64,000 nucleotides of DNA from an uncultured Candidatus Sumerlaeota bacterium (GTDB taxonomy: Bacteria; Sumerlaeota; Sumerlaeia; MVZB01), in contig CAYYNQ010000048.1 in the NCBI GenBank assembly GCA_964473105.1, positions 97,709 through 161,708 of the forward strand. Direction: 5' to 3'. The position numbers and the translations under genes were made by a program. Under the pieces are notes generated by a model. It saw only the letters and a list, made by a program, of their open reading frames with translations, was not told the origin of the DNA and made no database searches. This document shows, in pieces, positions 18,441-28,738 of this stretch (its first letter is position 1; each line of letters begins with the position of its first letter).

Positions 18441-21227
18441 TTACCTTGACCGACCGATGGGCTTTGCCGCCTCGACTTTTTTCTTCTTCCTCGCAGCTAG
18501 CGCATGCTGGGTTCTATTGTTGGTATAATCGTTCCATTTATCAACAAGCGGTGTTGCGACGAAGCAGGATGAATATGTCCCGACAATCGTGCCCAACAGA
18601 ATCACCTTGGCAAAAGGTTTCAACCCTTCACCACCAATGACCAGAAGCGCCAACACGGAAACCAGCAACGTACCCGATGTGATTACGGTCCTGGACAGGG
18701 ATTGATTCATCGATAAGTTGCAAAGTTGTCTAAATGTACTGCCGAACACCGTGCGCGTATTTTCCCGCACGCGGTCGAAAATGACAATCGTGTCGTTTAC
18801 CGAAAAACCGAGCAGGACCATCAGTGCGGCAACAACCTCCAGCGTGATCTGGACCTTCCAAAGTGTCGCCAGCAGGACCACAATTGTCAGGTCATGAACC
18901 AACGCTATGATAGCAGCAACCCCAAAGAATGGCTCGAAACGGAACGACAAATAGATCAGGATGGCTATCGATGCCAGCAGAACAACCCACAGGGCCAGTT
19001 CGCGGAATTCACCGCTGGTTAGAGCGCCGAATTCAGCCCGACCCGCGATCTTGAATGAATCGCCGAATTTTGAGCTCAATGCCTCATCAAACTTTTGTTC
19101 CGTTTTAGGTAAAGAGGGACCGGTCTCATCCTCAACCAGCTTGGTTTCAACCTGATAACGATTCCCCTCACTAATTATCGGAATAACCCGGGGATCCTCA
19201 AGACCATGCTCAAGCATGGTCGCGCGAATTGCCTCCTCCTTGACTTCGTCATTATCAAAACGAACCTCAGCTCGAACTCCGCCAGCAAAATCCACCCCAT
19301 ACTGGAGGCCACCGCCGGTAACGACCATAACAGCTGTTATTACAAGAACACCTATGGAAAGAGGCCATGAAAATTTTCGGAGGCCGATAAAATTGATCGC
19401 GGGATTCCTGAATACGGTCAGCTTCCCCAAGGAAAGTTGTCCGAACTTTCCGAACCACAACGCGCAAAGTGTATAGGTGACAGTCAAACCCGTGAACAAA
19501 TTGGCGATCAATCCGAAGGACATGGTCAACGCAAACCCCTTCACCGATCCTTCCGTAAACTGAAGCAAAATCAGGGCCGCCATCAACGTCGTCAAGTTTG
19601 AATCGAGAATAACCGTGAATGCGCGATTGAATCCCAGCCCGATTGCCTGTCTGAGAGGCCTCCCAGCATCCAGCTCCTCACGAATACGCTCATAGATCAA
19701 AACATTTGCATCGACAGCCATGCCGATTGTCAGAAGAATTCCTCCGATTCCTGACAATGTTAGCGTTGCTCGTGCAAGCGACATAATCGCCAAGATTATC
19801 AAAACATTAAGAATCAGCGCGAATATCGATATGATCCCGGCCGTGCCGTAGTAAAGAATCATGAAGAATGTGACGATCAGAGCGCCCAGAATAAGCGCCT
19901 CGACCCCCGAAAGTATTGACTCAGCCCCCAGCGTCGCGCCGATACTATTCTTCTGCTCGATCTTCAGGGGTGCTGGCAGCGAACCAGCTTTGAGGATCTG
20001 GCTCAACTCTGTGGCTTCCTCGTTTGTGAACCCGCCTTCAATCACCGCCCGGCCATCTGTAATTGCGACCTGGATCGTGGGGGCCGACCGAACCACACCA
20101 TCAAGCAGGATCGCCATCTGGCGTTTCGGCTCGGAATCGGCATACTTGGAGGTCATCTCGGAAAATTTTCTCGTTCCTTCGGGGTTGAACTCAAGAGAGA
20201 CCTTTATCTGGTTCCTGAAATCCGTAGGATCATATTGAACCCCGGCCTCGCGTAAGTCCTCACCAGTCAACTGCGTTCTAGTGACTAGAATGAAATCACG
20301 CTCGGAATAGGTGACAGTCTGGGTATCCGGATCGAAAGATCCCAGTTTCCCATCCACGCGCTCACTGCCAACGGGCAGATTGGCTGTTGAGAAAAGACGA
20401 CCGGTCACCGGATCCACCAGCGAATCACTTCTTTGGTGGACCATCCGAAACTCCAGATAGGCCGGCTTAATCATGTTATCGATCAGGCGGTCGGGATCCT
20501 TCACACCGGGAACTTGGACACGAATCCGATCAGTGCCCTGAAGTGAGATCCTAGCCTGAACCACCCCCAGCCCGTTGACCCGCTCCTCGATTCCTTTCTT
20601 GGCGCCATCAATCATATCCCGGAATTGACGGTCAATGTAAGATGGCGTGATATCAATACGGGCCTTCCTTCCGGCCTTCAGGGTCGACTCCAATGTCGGC
20701 CCGTCAAACTGAACCGTCTCCTCGAAAACCTTGATCAGGTCTGCGGTAACCTTCGAATTAGCGGGATTGGCAATACCGATATTAAAGGCCGCCTGACCCT
20801 TGATCGGTTCAGCATTCAGGGCCACCCCCAGATCATTTAACTCACGCCTGAGGATCTCTATGATGCCTTCAACCTCGTCGATCTCGGCTTTCTGCCGATC
20901 GAGCATCAGCGTGACATCTGCACCGCCCAACAGGTCCAGCCCAAGGGGAACGGCCCTGTCCCGCAACCGGTCCGCCGTCTCTTCCCAGGCAATCTGGTCC
21001 TGGTTGTCATCAAACCATTTCGACAACTTGGGATTTTCCTCCCTCCAGTTCTCCAGTGTCGCCTGGTCATCGGTATCGGGTCGGTCCACACCCTCGGGGC
21101 GGGGGGCCGTCAGTTCAACCCGTGTCTGCAGGTGCAGGTAATAGCGTGCTGTTGGCACAACTAGATAAACCGAAACTACTGCGACGCATGCAATGAGCGC
21201 GACGCGGATTTTTGAGATAGGTCTCAT
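18441..21227 (-). CDS. secDF: Protein translocase subunit SecDF (fused SecD-SecF)
   Basis: 928 aa. An N-terminal TM helix and large periplasmic domain are followed by 6 TM helices (SecD), a second periplasmic domain and 6 more TM helices (SecF). RND-type motifs are present, for example GLDLLGGADVTL. Confidence 0.9.
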   Translation of the reverse strand: MRPISKIRVALIACVAVVSVYLVVPTARYYLHLQTRVELTAPRPEGVDRPDTDDQATLENWREENPKLSKWFDDNQDQIAWEETADRLRDRAVPLGLDLLGGADVTLMLDRQKAEIDEVEGIIEILRRELNDLGVALNAEPIKGQAAFNIGIANPANSKVTADLIKVFEETVQFDGPTLESTLKAGRKARIDITPSYIDRQFRDMIDGAKKGIEERVNGLGVVQARISLQGTDRIRVQVPGVKDPDRLIDNMIKPAYLEFRMVHQRSDSLVDPVTGRLFSTANLPVGSERVDGKLGSFDPDTQTVTYSERDFILVTRTQLTGEDLREAGVQYDPTDFRNQIKVSLEFNPEGTRKFSEMTSKYADSEPKRQMAILLDGVVRSAPTIQVAITDGRAVIEGGFTNEEATELSQILKAGSLPAPLKIEQKNSIGATLGAESILSGVEALILGALIVTFFMILYYGTAGIISIFALILNVLIILAIMSLARATLTLSGIGGILLTIGMAVDANVLIYERIREELDAGRPLRQAIGLGFNRAFTVILDSNLTTLMAALILLQFTEGSVKGFALTMSFGLIANLFTGLTVTYTLCALWFGKFGQLSLGKLTVFRNPAINFIGLRKFSWPLSIGVLVITAVMVVTGGGLQYGVDFAGGVRAEVRFDNDEVKEEAIRATMLEHGLEDPRVIPIISEGNRYQVETKLVEDETGPSLPKTEQKFDEALSSKFGDSFKIAGRAEFGALTSGEFRELALWVVLLASIAILIYLSFRFEPFFGVAAIIALVHDLTIVVLLATLWKVQITLEVVAALMVLLGFSVNDTIVIFDRVRENTRTVFGSTFRQLCNLSMNQSLSRTVITSGTLLVSVLALLVIGGEGLKPFAKVILLGTIVGTYSSCFVATPLVDKWNDYTNNRTQHALAARKKKKVEAAKPIGRSR

Positions 21228-21285
21228 GTCTTTTGTTTTTTCTCCCTCGATCGGGCCGCAAGGTCACCCTCGTGGCCGGGTAGAA

Positions 21286-22101
21286 TCAAAGTAGCTGTGT
21301 ATTATTGATGATCAACTGAAAATCACAATTCAGGAAATTGGCCGCTTTGCGGGAAATCCGCATACGCGACATGAATATTTCAAAATATTCCATCACCTGG
21401 CTGATATTTGTATCAATTTCCAAGCGGAGCGTAATCCGGTGATTTTCACGATCGACCTCGATGGATGAATTGCGCGCCGCATAGTTGACCCGGTCATGGA
21501 TATCGAAATTAATCATCTTTGGGTTCCTCACCCGGGAACGCAATACATCGCTCTTGTCTGCGAGAATCAGAGCCGCACAAGGATTGTTGACAGGTTCCCC
21601 AATCGTTTCATCATGGTTGGCGATTGCGCCACAAACAACCGCAATTTCCTCGACTGGCATCCTGCGTTCATGCAAAAGCGTATATGCAATCAACGCTGAT
21701 GACTGTGGGTGCTCCGACCGATGAACCAAATTACCGATATCATGCAGAAATCCGGCCACCGATGCCAGTTCCATTTCCCGCCGCGGCAAGTTCAGATCCT
21801 CCAATATACGGAAAGCCCTCTGACTGACCCGGCCTACGTGCTTTAAGCCATGATCTGTGTAGCCAATCGTTTCGAGGTAACGGTCCGCCATCTGGATCAT
21901 CGAGCAGATCTCCGGATCCGACCGCAGGGTCATGATCGTGATCCTGTCGGATTCAAGCCCCCCCTCCGGCAAACCCTCGGCCTCGGAAGCGATACTACGA
22001 TCAATCGCCTCAAGTTCCTCACTCAGATTTCCGGCCGGATAAGTTTCATCCATGGGTCTTGATTGAATCACCTGTAGGACAGCTTGTTCTGAACAGTTCA
22101 C
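21286..22101 (-). CDS. HD-domain phosphohydrolase
   Basis: H...HD metal-binding motif (GLKHV...GFLHDIGNL...H...D). The GTG start overlaps the yajC stop (GTGA), so co-transcription with yajC and secDF is likely. Confidence 0.75.
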   Translation of the reverse strand: MNCSEQAVLQVIQSRPMDETYPAGNLSEELEAIDRSIASEAEGLPEGGLESDRITIMTLRSDPEICSMIQMADRYLETIGYTDHGLKHVGRVSQRAFRILEDLNLPRREMELASVAGFLHDIGNLVHRSEHPQSSALIAYTLLHERRMPVEEIAVVCGAIANHDETIGEPVNNPCAALILADKSDVLRSRVRNPKMINFDIHDRVNYAARNSSIEVDRENHRITLRLEIDTNISQVMEYFEIFMSRMRISRKAANFLNCDFQLIINNTQLL

Positions 22102-22460
22102 ACCGACCGCCGCAACTCGGTTTTTTCAGATTCCTTACCTGGAACAACCTGACTGATTGAATTCCGGCTGAAGGTCAGTGCTGTCTTGGGACAGACAATA
22201 ATATTTACTGTATTCTCTTCCTTGTTGACCGATTCAACCTTACCGTGAATGCCCCCGGCCGAGATCACCCGATCACCTTTGGCGAGGTTGTCGATCATCA
22301 ACTGGCGTTTTTTCTGCTCCGTTCGTTGCGGCCGCAAAATTAGAAAATAAAATAAAAGGGCGATGAAACCGAACATTAATAAAACCGGGCTCATACCACC
22401 CGGGGGTTGCTCGCTTGACTGAGCCGCCCAAGCAAGGATTGTTCTCAGCTTGTGTTCCAT
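22098..22460 (-). CDS. yajC: Preprotein translocase subunit YajC
   Basis: Matches YajC layout: N-region, a single TM (LLMFGFIALLFYFLILRPQ...) and then KGD.V.T.GG..G.V. Confidence 0.8.
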   Translation of the reverse strand: MEHKLRTILAWAAQSSEQPPGGMSPVLLMFGFIALLFYFLILRPQRTEQKKRQLMIDNLAKGDRVISAGGIHGKVESVNKEENTVNIIVCPKTALTFSRNSISQVVPGKESEKTELRRSV

Positions 22461-22709
22461 GCAACTCCATCCCCCCCCAATTTCAGGCCCATGTCACCCT
22501 TAAACTCAACGAAAAGTGAGGAGGACACAACCTCAATCTTTCCCGCGCAGGAAAAGGAGGTTCCTTTTATCATCCCGACCCTTTTAAGTCAATTGGGGAT
22601 TGCAGGTCATGAGCTGAAAACGATAGAGTTACAGGATAATACTCTCTGCTCACTCCACCGCCATCCTCAGCGAAACCTGAAAAATACCCAGCTTTGGCTT
22701 CCTCCCTGA

Positions 22710-23471
22710 ATGAATGACAATCAACTCATCGCCTTTGACAACAACCGGCGCCATCATTTGAAAATAAAACTCTTAGGTGGTCTGGATGAGGCGGGAAGAG
22801 GCTGCTTGGCCGGGCCGGTCGTCGCTGCCTGCGTAGTATTTGATTCTGGCGCCCCGCTACCCGGACTCAACGATTCCAAAAAAATCACTGCTACTAGGCG
22901 GAAAAGTTTGGTCGAGCCGATTCTTGAACATGCCAAATCATGGGGACTTGGTTTCGCGACAAATTTTGAAATTGACCGCATCAATATCCTGCAGGCAACA
23001 CTTCTTGCGTCACGCCGGGCAATGAGAGATCTGAAACCCGCCCCGGAATTTTTACTGACCGACTACCTTAAACCCCGTGGCTGTAGCTACCCCCTTGAAT
23101 CGCTGATCAAGGGCGACAACCGAAGCCAGGTCATCGCAGCCGCTTCGGTGTTGGCCAAGGTTGCCAGTGATCATATCATGATCGCCCTTGACAAAATCTA
23201 CCCTGATTATGGTTTTTCCAGGCATAAGGGTTATGGTACCAAGGAACACAGGGAAACCCTGCATCTCCACGGACCATCCAAACTGCACCGTGTCAGTTTC
23301 GCCGGAGTCGGATTTTTCGACCTACCTGTCGAAAAAGGGTTGCTGAACTCGAACCCCCTGACGCACAAACCAGTTAACCGGTTGAATAAGCACCACTGGA
23401 TGAGAATTCTCTCGAATAGTGGCCTGGATCTCGATCCCACTGAGTTGATACCCCTGATTTCCACCCGGTAA
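22710..23471 (+). CDS. rnhB: Ribonuclease HII
   Basis: GLDEAGRGCLAGPVVAA catalytic motif and DSK...KGD motifs. It carries a ~20-aa N-terminal extension relative to typical RnhB. Confidence 0.85.
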   Translation: MNDNQLIAFDNNRRHHLKIKLLGGLDEAGRGCLAGPVVAACVVFDSGAPLPGLNDSKKITATRRKSLVEPILEHAKSWGLGFATNFEIDRINILQATLLASRRAMRDLKPAPEFLLTDYLKPRGCSYPLESLIKGDNRSQVIAAASVLAKVASDHIMIALDKIYPDYGFSRHKGYGTKEHRETLHLHGPSKLHRVSFAGVGFFDLPVEKGLLNSNPLTHKPVNRLNKHHWMRILSNSGLDLDPTELIPLISTR

Positions 23472-23588
23472 CAGGCAGCATTTCCCTTGATTGAATATTG
23501 AACAAAATATTTGGTTGTCGTAATCATTGTCGTCGACATCATCGGAGATGTAGTATGACCACATCAAATCACCACAGGGGAGGGAAAC

Positions 23589-23993
23589 GTGAGCCCACGC
23601 AAAAAAAGTCGATTCGGACCCGGAAATTTCATGATCCTAGTCGTAATCGGAATCATCGCCATGATCATCGCCACGGGCAATGTCGACCGAATAATGGAAA
23701 AGCTCTTCAGTGCCTATGCAGCATTAATCGTCCTGATTATCATATTTGAGTATCTGCTGATCAAAGGTTCAGACCGATCGACGATCTATCAGCGGGAGTT
23801 ACAGGCCGCCGGAACAATCCGTCGTGATGACCTGCTCGCCATGCGTGAAATCGAGATCCGACTGGTTGAGTTAAAGGCAAGGATCACAACAAATATGGAA
23901 AGGGAACATGATCCCGAAGCGATCTGCGGCGCCATGAAAAAGTCTATGGACAACCTTGACGAAGCACTTCACCTGATCCGCAAGCGGATCTAA
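23589..23993 (+). CDS. Hypothetical small membrane protein (2 TM + coiled-coil tail)
   Basis: GTG start. Two hydrophobic helices (ILVVIGIIAMIIA; ALIVLIIIFEYLLI) are followed by a charged helical tail. Confidence 0.45.
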   Translation: MSPRKKSRFGPGNFMILVVIGIIAMIIATGNVDRIMEKLFSAYAALIVLIIIFEYLLIKGSDRSTIYQRELQAAGTIRRDDLLAMREIEIRLVELKARITTNMEREHDPEAICGAMKKSMDNLDEALHLIRKRI

Positions 23994-24048
23994 CCAGAGT
24001 GCGCGGGGGAGCCTGTATTCATATTGCACTACGCTCCTACCCTGTCTT

Positions 24049-24618
24049 TCAAGCATCCGGACCCGTCGTGCTCCCTTTCTTCGACTTGGATCCCGCCTTA
24101 ATGCTCTTGGCATCCAGCGGTTTCCCTTGCTTCACACGCTCCAAGGCCTCGGAAAGGGTCATGTTGCCGGGCAGAAGGCGCAATAATCTGCCCAAGGACT
24201 TGTTCATCTCAAGCAGAAGTGAATGCCAGTCCAGTTCCAGTTTTGACCGCGTGTTGTCATCCATAACCTGGATATGGGAAAGGCTGACCGACATGGAGAG
24301 CACATGCACAATTTCGGAGGCGTGTTCGAAAGCAGGCCCCATGGCCTCGGAAAACTGAAATTGCTTGCGGGAGAGTATCGTCATCGTCTGAAAAAAAGCT
24401 TTTTCTTCCGATGCCTCAATTTGTCGCTCTTCGATATCCCGCGCGAAAAACTGGAAATACTTCAACCACAAACTGATATATTCCTGGCAAACAGCTATTC
24501 GATTTTCCAGCGTCAGCAGGTTCTTGACATATTCCTTCTGTTCCTTCCTCAACTTAAACCGGACAACCTTGTTGATCGTACCCTTTGCTTCCCTATTTTT
24601 CCGTGCCATAATTACCAC
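24049..24618 (-). CDS. Hypothetical cytoplasmic protein, apparent paralogue of ORF 28265-28714
   Basis: 189 aa with no known domain. Its motif SMSVSLSHIQ...RSKLELDWHSLLLEMNKSLGRL aligns with SAMSMAHLKN...RRKILGTWHVCYLKLIRTLGAL of the 149-aa protein. Confidence 0.5.
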   Translation of the reverse strand: MVIMARKNREAKGTINKVVRFKLRKEQKEYVKNLLTLENRIAVCQEYISLWLKYFQFFARDIEERQIEASEEKAFFQTMTILSRKQFQFSEAMGPAFEHASEIVHVLSMSVSLSHIQVMDDNTRSKLELDWHSLLLEMNKSLGRLLRLLPGNMTLSEALERVKQGKPLDAKSIKAGSKSKKGSTTGPDA

Positions 24619-24712
24619 GTCCCGTAACAGGAATACCGGTATCCTTCAATCCGGGCGTTTCTGATCGAATCAGCCCGAAGCCCCTAGATCTGGTCAATCC
24701 GGTTGCATCGAT

Positions 24713-24829
24713 TCAGTCTTTTTTAAAGACATTGAGGGTAAAGAAAAAATATCCGAGAACATGCAGAATTGCAATGATCGTCAGGACTTCGACCAGATAG
24801 ACATAATTGTCACTTAGCCATTGAAACAT
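24713..24829 (-). CDS. Unannotated small ORF: 38-aa hydrophobic peptide MFQWLSDNYVYLVEVLTIIAILHVLGYFFFTLNVFKKD
   Basis: ATG preceded by GGCGGAG with a 7-nt spacer. It has a single predicted TM helix and lies between the lipoprotein gene and ORF 24049-24618. It falls below the 60-aa cutoff of the ORF track. Confidence 0.3.
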   Translation of the reverse strand: MFQWLSDNYVYLVEVLTIIAILHVLGYFFFTLNVFKKD

Positions 24830-24898
24830 GTCTATTCTCCGCCTTCATAACAAACGGCCTAAACCCTGTGGCCGTCCGGTTAATTCCTCGATCCCGAT

Positions 24899-27800
24899 TC
24901 AAAACCCACGAAATGACACGACTTGCTGAACACCCATTGGCTTGAACTGAATCTGGGGGTACACAATTCCATGTTGGATCTGCTGTTGCTCCTGTCGCGC
25001 CTCATGAATCTGCTGAAAAGCGACTTGGACAATCCTTCTAGCCTCGTTCGTATCATACAGGTCGAGAATGAGCAGCTTCTCAAAGTTAACAGCCGCCAAA
25101 CGGGACTTGGCTAGCATCGCGAGGGCCAACTGATGCAGACCCACTCGAGCTGGTGGAGGTGATATTTCCTTGACTTGAGTCCCTATCTCCGTGATACGGG
25201 TTCTGAGATCTGAAGGCGAGGTGGCTTCGATCAATGCCAACGCCTGGGCCTGGCCCCGCGGACCGATGACCATTCTTATCAGGGTCGCCGACCCGAGATT
25301 CAAAATCGGGGAAAATGCCTTCAGCTCATCGGTGAATTCCTTCATGTAGGTATTCAATCGAGCATCATATTCACGCTCATCCAAATGTGTTGCAATATCG
25401 ACAAGGATCTCCTGTGCATCCCTGGCGTTACTGTAACTCGAACGATAATCCTGGCTCTGATAGTCCATCTGCGAATACTTTACTTTCAATTCAACCTGAG
25501 TCACCTTCCCTGGAAGATAGGTCCTGGCCCCGCGCGTCTCAAGTTTATCCAGTTGCTCCTGCATGGCCAGCACCAAATCCGTCAGAACTTGCGGGGTCAT
25601 TTCGACCAAACCTGCTAGTTGGGCCTCCAGTAGGTTGACCTTGTCCTGAAAGTCCTCATAGTTCTCCGGATCAAATTCGTTTTTGATATTCTGAATTTGT
25701 TCCAGGACTACCGATAAATCATTGACCTGATAATAACCAGCCCCAACCTTCTGTGCTTCATTAAGTTTCGAATTAAGCATGTTCATTCGGTCGCGAAATG
25801 ATTTGCGTTTCGCTGAACGTGTGACTTCCTGAGCGGTATTGACCGCGGTGACAGCCAATGATCTGGATAGGCTGAAGTCACCCCCATCCAACGCCTGCCT
25901 AGCCTGACCGGCATCGCTAATCACTTCTGCCAGTTTTTTCCTTTCATATTCCCAGGCGTAAAATCGCTTGGCAGTCGCGATGGCATTCTCAGACTCGATA
26001 ACCTTTGCATATAGGGCATTATGCGCCTGCTGAACGGCCTGATCTCCAACGACAACAGCTTCACCGTAATGACCCGAATCGTAAAGGGCCTGAAGATTAC
26101 GCCTCAGTTCGCGTGCCTCAAGCATGAGAGCAATGGCATATTCGTCGGCTCCGGCCTGTTGACCCCTGTCCAACAGCCGCTGAGATTCTGCAAGATGACC
26201 CTCACTCCATTGGCGTAGTGAATTTGAACGGGCTTCCGAAGCGATTTGTTGTGACTGTAGAGCACTCTCTATCGCACTCTTGAGACCTCCGCCCATGAGG
26301 GCATCCTCGGCAATCGTCTGGGCCACCAAGGCTTGGGTATATGCATCAGTCTCGTATTCCTCAGCCCGGCTATCCCTAGCTGAGACCAAAGCGTCACGTG
26401 CAGTCTCGATCTCCTTGATCGCAACCCGTTCAAGCTCCTGAACCATGACTTCGAGCTGGGCCCGAGTATCGCCCGCCCGTGCCACTGCAGCACGATATTT
26501 CTGTTCGACCATCAAAACCTTGGTCTCCTCAAGGATGCCCCCCGTCTTATCCAGTTCATCCGAGGCATATTCACGTGCACCTTCTCGTTCATAACGGGAA
26601 AGTTCATTCGCAATTTCGAGGATGGAATTGTGGGCAACAACACGATAGGTCTGGCGAGTCACATCATCAGCACTCTTGACAACCGCTTGGGCAGTTTCAA
26701 TCGAAAGGTCAAAATCCTTGGACTCGCGCTTCAACTCCGCAAGGCCCAGTTGCAGCTGGGTACTTGCCAGTTGAGCCTGAAGTTCCCCCTTCATGGCAAG
26801 CTTTCCATCCTCCAAGGCGCGCTCCTCGTCCTGCCAGTCTCCGGGAATCTTCTGGGCAAATATTGTACCCATCCGCTTAAAGACCTGTTCCGCCGTGGCA
26901 AGACTTTCCGATGCCCGGGAAATATGCTGCGCAGCCAGAATATCATAATCCCCGGTAATCTTGATATTGAGTTCAAGCGCCCGTTTGCTGACTTCCTTGG
27001 ACTCCGTGTAATACTCTTCACCAAACAGACCCGATGCCTCCTCAAGAAGTGCTTCAAGCTGCTCAACACGGCCCGGCAGATATGTCCGGGCCTTTTCATT
27101 GTCAAGGACCGCAATGGCAGCCTGAACGGCACCCATCTCCGCCTTAGCGGCTTCGCGCTTTGTCTCAACAATCAAATCCTCCACCCGGGGTTGAAGCTTG
27201 GGCGCCAAGGTCAGGACCGTGTCATAATTGCGGTCATAGAACTGTGTCAGCATGTTCTCGAATTCCTTGCTGACCTCGCGGAAGGACTGCAGTGCGAATA
27301 TCTCGGATCCCAGATCGGTCGCTGTATCCAGCAGGTTCTCGATGATCACAATTTTCTTCTGGCTTTTGACCTCCTTGGTTTTCTGAATCCCCTCTTGCTT
27401 ATTCTGGCGGGCAAGGTTACGGGTATTGATCGCATTGCGGTAATCAAAATCGACCTCTATGAATCGCTTGATCTCATCGATGTGTGCCTGCATTTTCTGA
27501 ACAAACTCAGGAGCATGATCCTCGGCCGCCTCGTTTATCAGATCCTGCTTCATCTGATTTGCCTCGGCCAGCCCTTCGACCGACTCATTTTCCAGATTCT
27601 GCAGCAGGAACTGAATATCATCATAAACCTTTGACAAGGTCCTGATGGAGTCGTCGAATTTTTCCTTTTCGATATATTCCAAGCCCTGCGTGTTGTCGAT
27701 AACGATCTGGTCATACAGGGTCGGGTTTTCCTGTTTTCCCTGGTTCTTGTCCGCGATCTTCAGCCATTTGCTGGCCTGGTTCTTAAGGTGATTGGAATAC

Positions 27801-28135
27801 TGGATCTTCGTATTGTTCAACAGGGTCTTGCTTTGATCCGAAGCTTCCCTGGCCTTCAAGCGGGCCTCCTTGAACTGACCGGTGTTGATCAGGCTTTGGG
27901 CCTCGTTGATCGAGTTGTTGGTGCCCTCGAGTTGGTCGGTCGTGAACTCGACGGCCTGATTCACGACCGCTTCGTCCCTGCGCTTGGTAGCACCCTTGAG
28001 GTTGTGTTCTGCGAGCATTTTGTTACAGCCTGTGGTCGCCAGCAGGAAAAAACACAAAAGCCCCGCCGTCAGGATACTGAGCATCCGCCCTGGGCAGTCA
28101 CTCATATTGTTTCGGATATAAATCTTATCAGACAC
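24899..28135 (-). CDS. Giant (1078 aa) coiled-coil lipoprotein of unknown function
   Basis: The GTG start has a strong AAGGAG RBS. The signal peptide ends in a lipobox (LLATTGC). The rest is almost entirely E/K/Q/L/A-rich alpha-helical sequence with internal repeats such as ARTYLPGRVEQLEALLEEA and ARTYLPGKVTQVELKV. Confidence 0.7.
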   Translation of the reverse strand: MSDKIYIRNNMSDCPGRMLSILTAGLLCFFLLATTGCNKMLAEHNLKGATKRRDEAVVNQAVEFTTDQLEGTNNSINEAQSLINTGQFKEARLKAREASDQSKTLLNNTKIQYSNHLKNQASKWLKIADKNQGKQENPTLYDQIVIDNTQGLEYIEKEKFDDSIRTLSKVYDDIQFLLQNLENESVEGLAEANQMKQDLINEAAEDHAPEFVQKMQAHIDEIKRFIEVDFDYRNAINTRNLARQNKQEGIQKTKEVKSQKKIVIIENLLDTATDLGSEIFALQSFREVSKEFENMLTQFYDRNYDTVLTLAPKLQPRVEDLIVETKREAAKAEMGAVQAAIAVLDNEKARTYLPGRVEQLEALLEEASGLFGEEYYTESKEVSKRALELNIKITGDYDILAAQHISRASESLATAEQVFKRMGTIFAQKIPGDWQDEERALEDGKLAMKGELQAQLASTQLQLGLAELKRESKDFDLSIETAQAVVKSADDVTRQTYRVVAHNSILEIANELSRYEREGAREYASDELDKTGGILEETKVLMVEQKYRAAVARAGDTRAQLEVMVQELERVAIKEIETARDALVSARDSRAEEYETDAYTQALVAQTIAEDALMGGGLKSAIESALQSQQIASEARSNSLRQWSEGHLAESQRLLDRGQQAGADEYAIALMLEARELRRNLQALYDSGHYGEAVVVGDQAVQQAHNALYAKVIESENAIATAKRFYAWEYERKKLAEVISDAGQARQALDGGDFSLSRSLAVTAVNTAQEVTRSAKRKSFRDRMNMLNSKLNEAQKVGAGYYQVNDLSVVLEQIQNIKNEFDPENYEDFQDKVNLLEAQLAGLVEMTPQVLTDLVLAMQEQLDKLETRGARTYLPGKVTQVELKVKYSQMDYQSQDYRSSYSNARDAQEILVDIATHLDEREYDARLNTYMKEFTDELKAFSPILNLGSATLIRMVIGPRGQAQALALIEATSPSDLRTRITEIGTQVKEISPPPARVGLHQLALAMLAKSRLAAVNFEKLLILDLYDTNEARRIVQVAFQQIHEARQEQQQIQHGIVYPQIQFKPMGVQQVVSFRGF

Positions 28136-28264
28136 CTTGCAACTCCTTGAATTGACCCACGAGACTCAACGGCCCCATGCACCCGCTCAGCCTCTGGATT
28201 TTGTATTCCTTACGTTCTGGTCTTGGAGATCCCGGGGTTCAACCCCCGATCCCCGGGCTTCATA

Positions 28265-28714
28265 CTAGATAGCAATCTTCTTCCGCGCCTGTTTCTTGTT
28301 CTCATGCTGCTGAGCCACTATCTCCCGATGAAGATGCGGATAATACCCCAAACCCATGACCTCAAGTGCGCCGAGTGTCCGTATCAATTTCAGGTAACAG
28401 ACATGCCAAGTCCCCAATATTTTCCGCCGCTCTGTGGCCGGCAGGTTTTTGAGATGCGCCATGCTCATCGCCGATTTGAGCGTTTCCATCATCTTGTCCC
28501 CATCAAATTGAAGCCCTCCGGGTAGTTCTTCCGACACCTTCTTGTAGAGCCTTGAAAGTTCTGTCTTCAACCGCAGGTATTCCTTCTCCTGATCCGACTG
28601 GACTCCCGCGTCGCTAAAGGCCTTGAGAAAGACTAGCTTGATACGCATCCAGATCTCCAAAATTTTCTTGACGGCCTCTTCAAAGGACTCAACCTGTGAT
28701 GGTATCAGGGGCAT
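28265..28714 (-). CDS. Hypothetical cytoplasmic protein (149 aa), paralogue of ORF 24049-24618
   Basis: No known domain and a helical profile. It shares the ...S.MS..H......R.K....WH..L.L.....LG.L motif with the 189-aa protein. Confidence 0.5.
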   Translation of the reverse strand: MPLIPSQVESFEEAVKKILEIWMRIKLVFLKAFSDAGVQSDQEKEYLRLKTELSRLYKKVSEELPGGLQFDGDKMMETLKSAMSMAHLKNLPATERRKILGTWHVCYLKLIRTLGALEVMGLGYYPHLHREIVAQQHENKKQARKKIAI

Positions 28715-28738
28715 TGAAAGCAGAAACCTCCCTAGAAC

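Noticed and set aside
26630-27634. 334-aa ORF on the plus strand inside the giant lipoprotein gene
   Set aside because: It lies antisense to a strongly supported coiled-coil gene. Long antisense ORFs are expected opposite E/K/Q/L-rich repetitive codons. The product is low-complexity L/G/I-rich with no RBS or domain.
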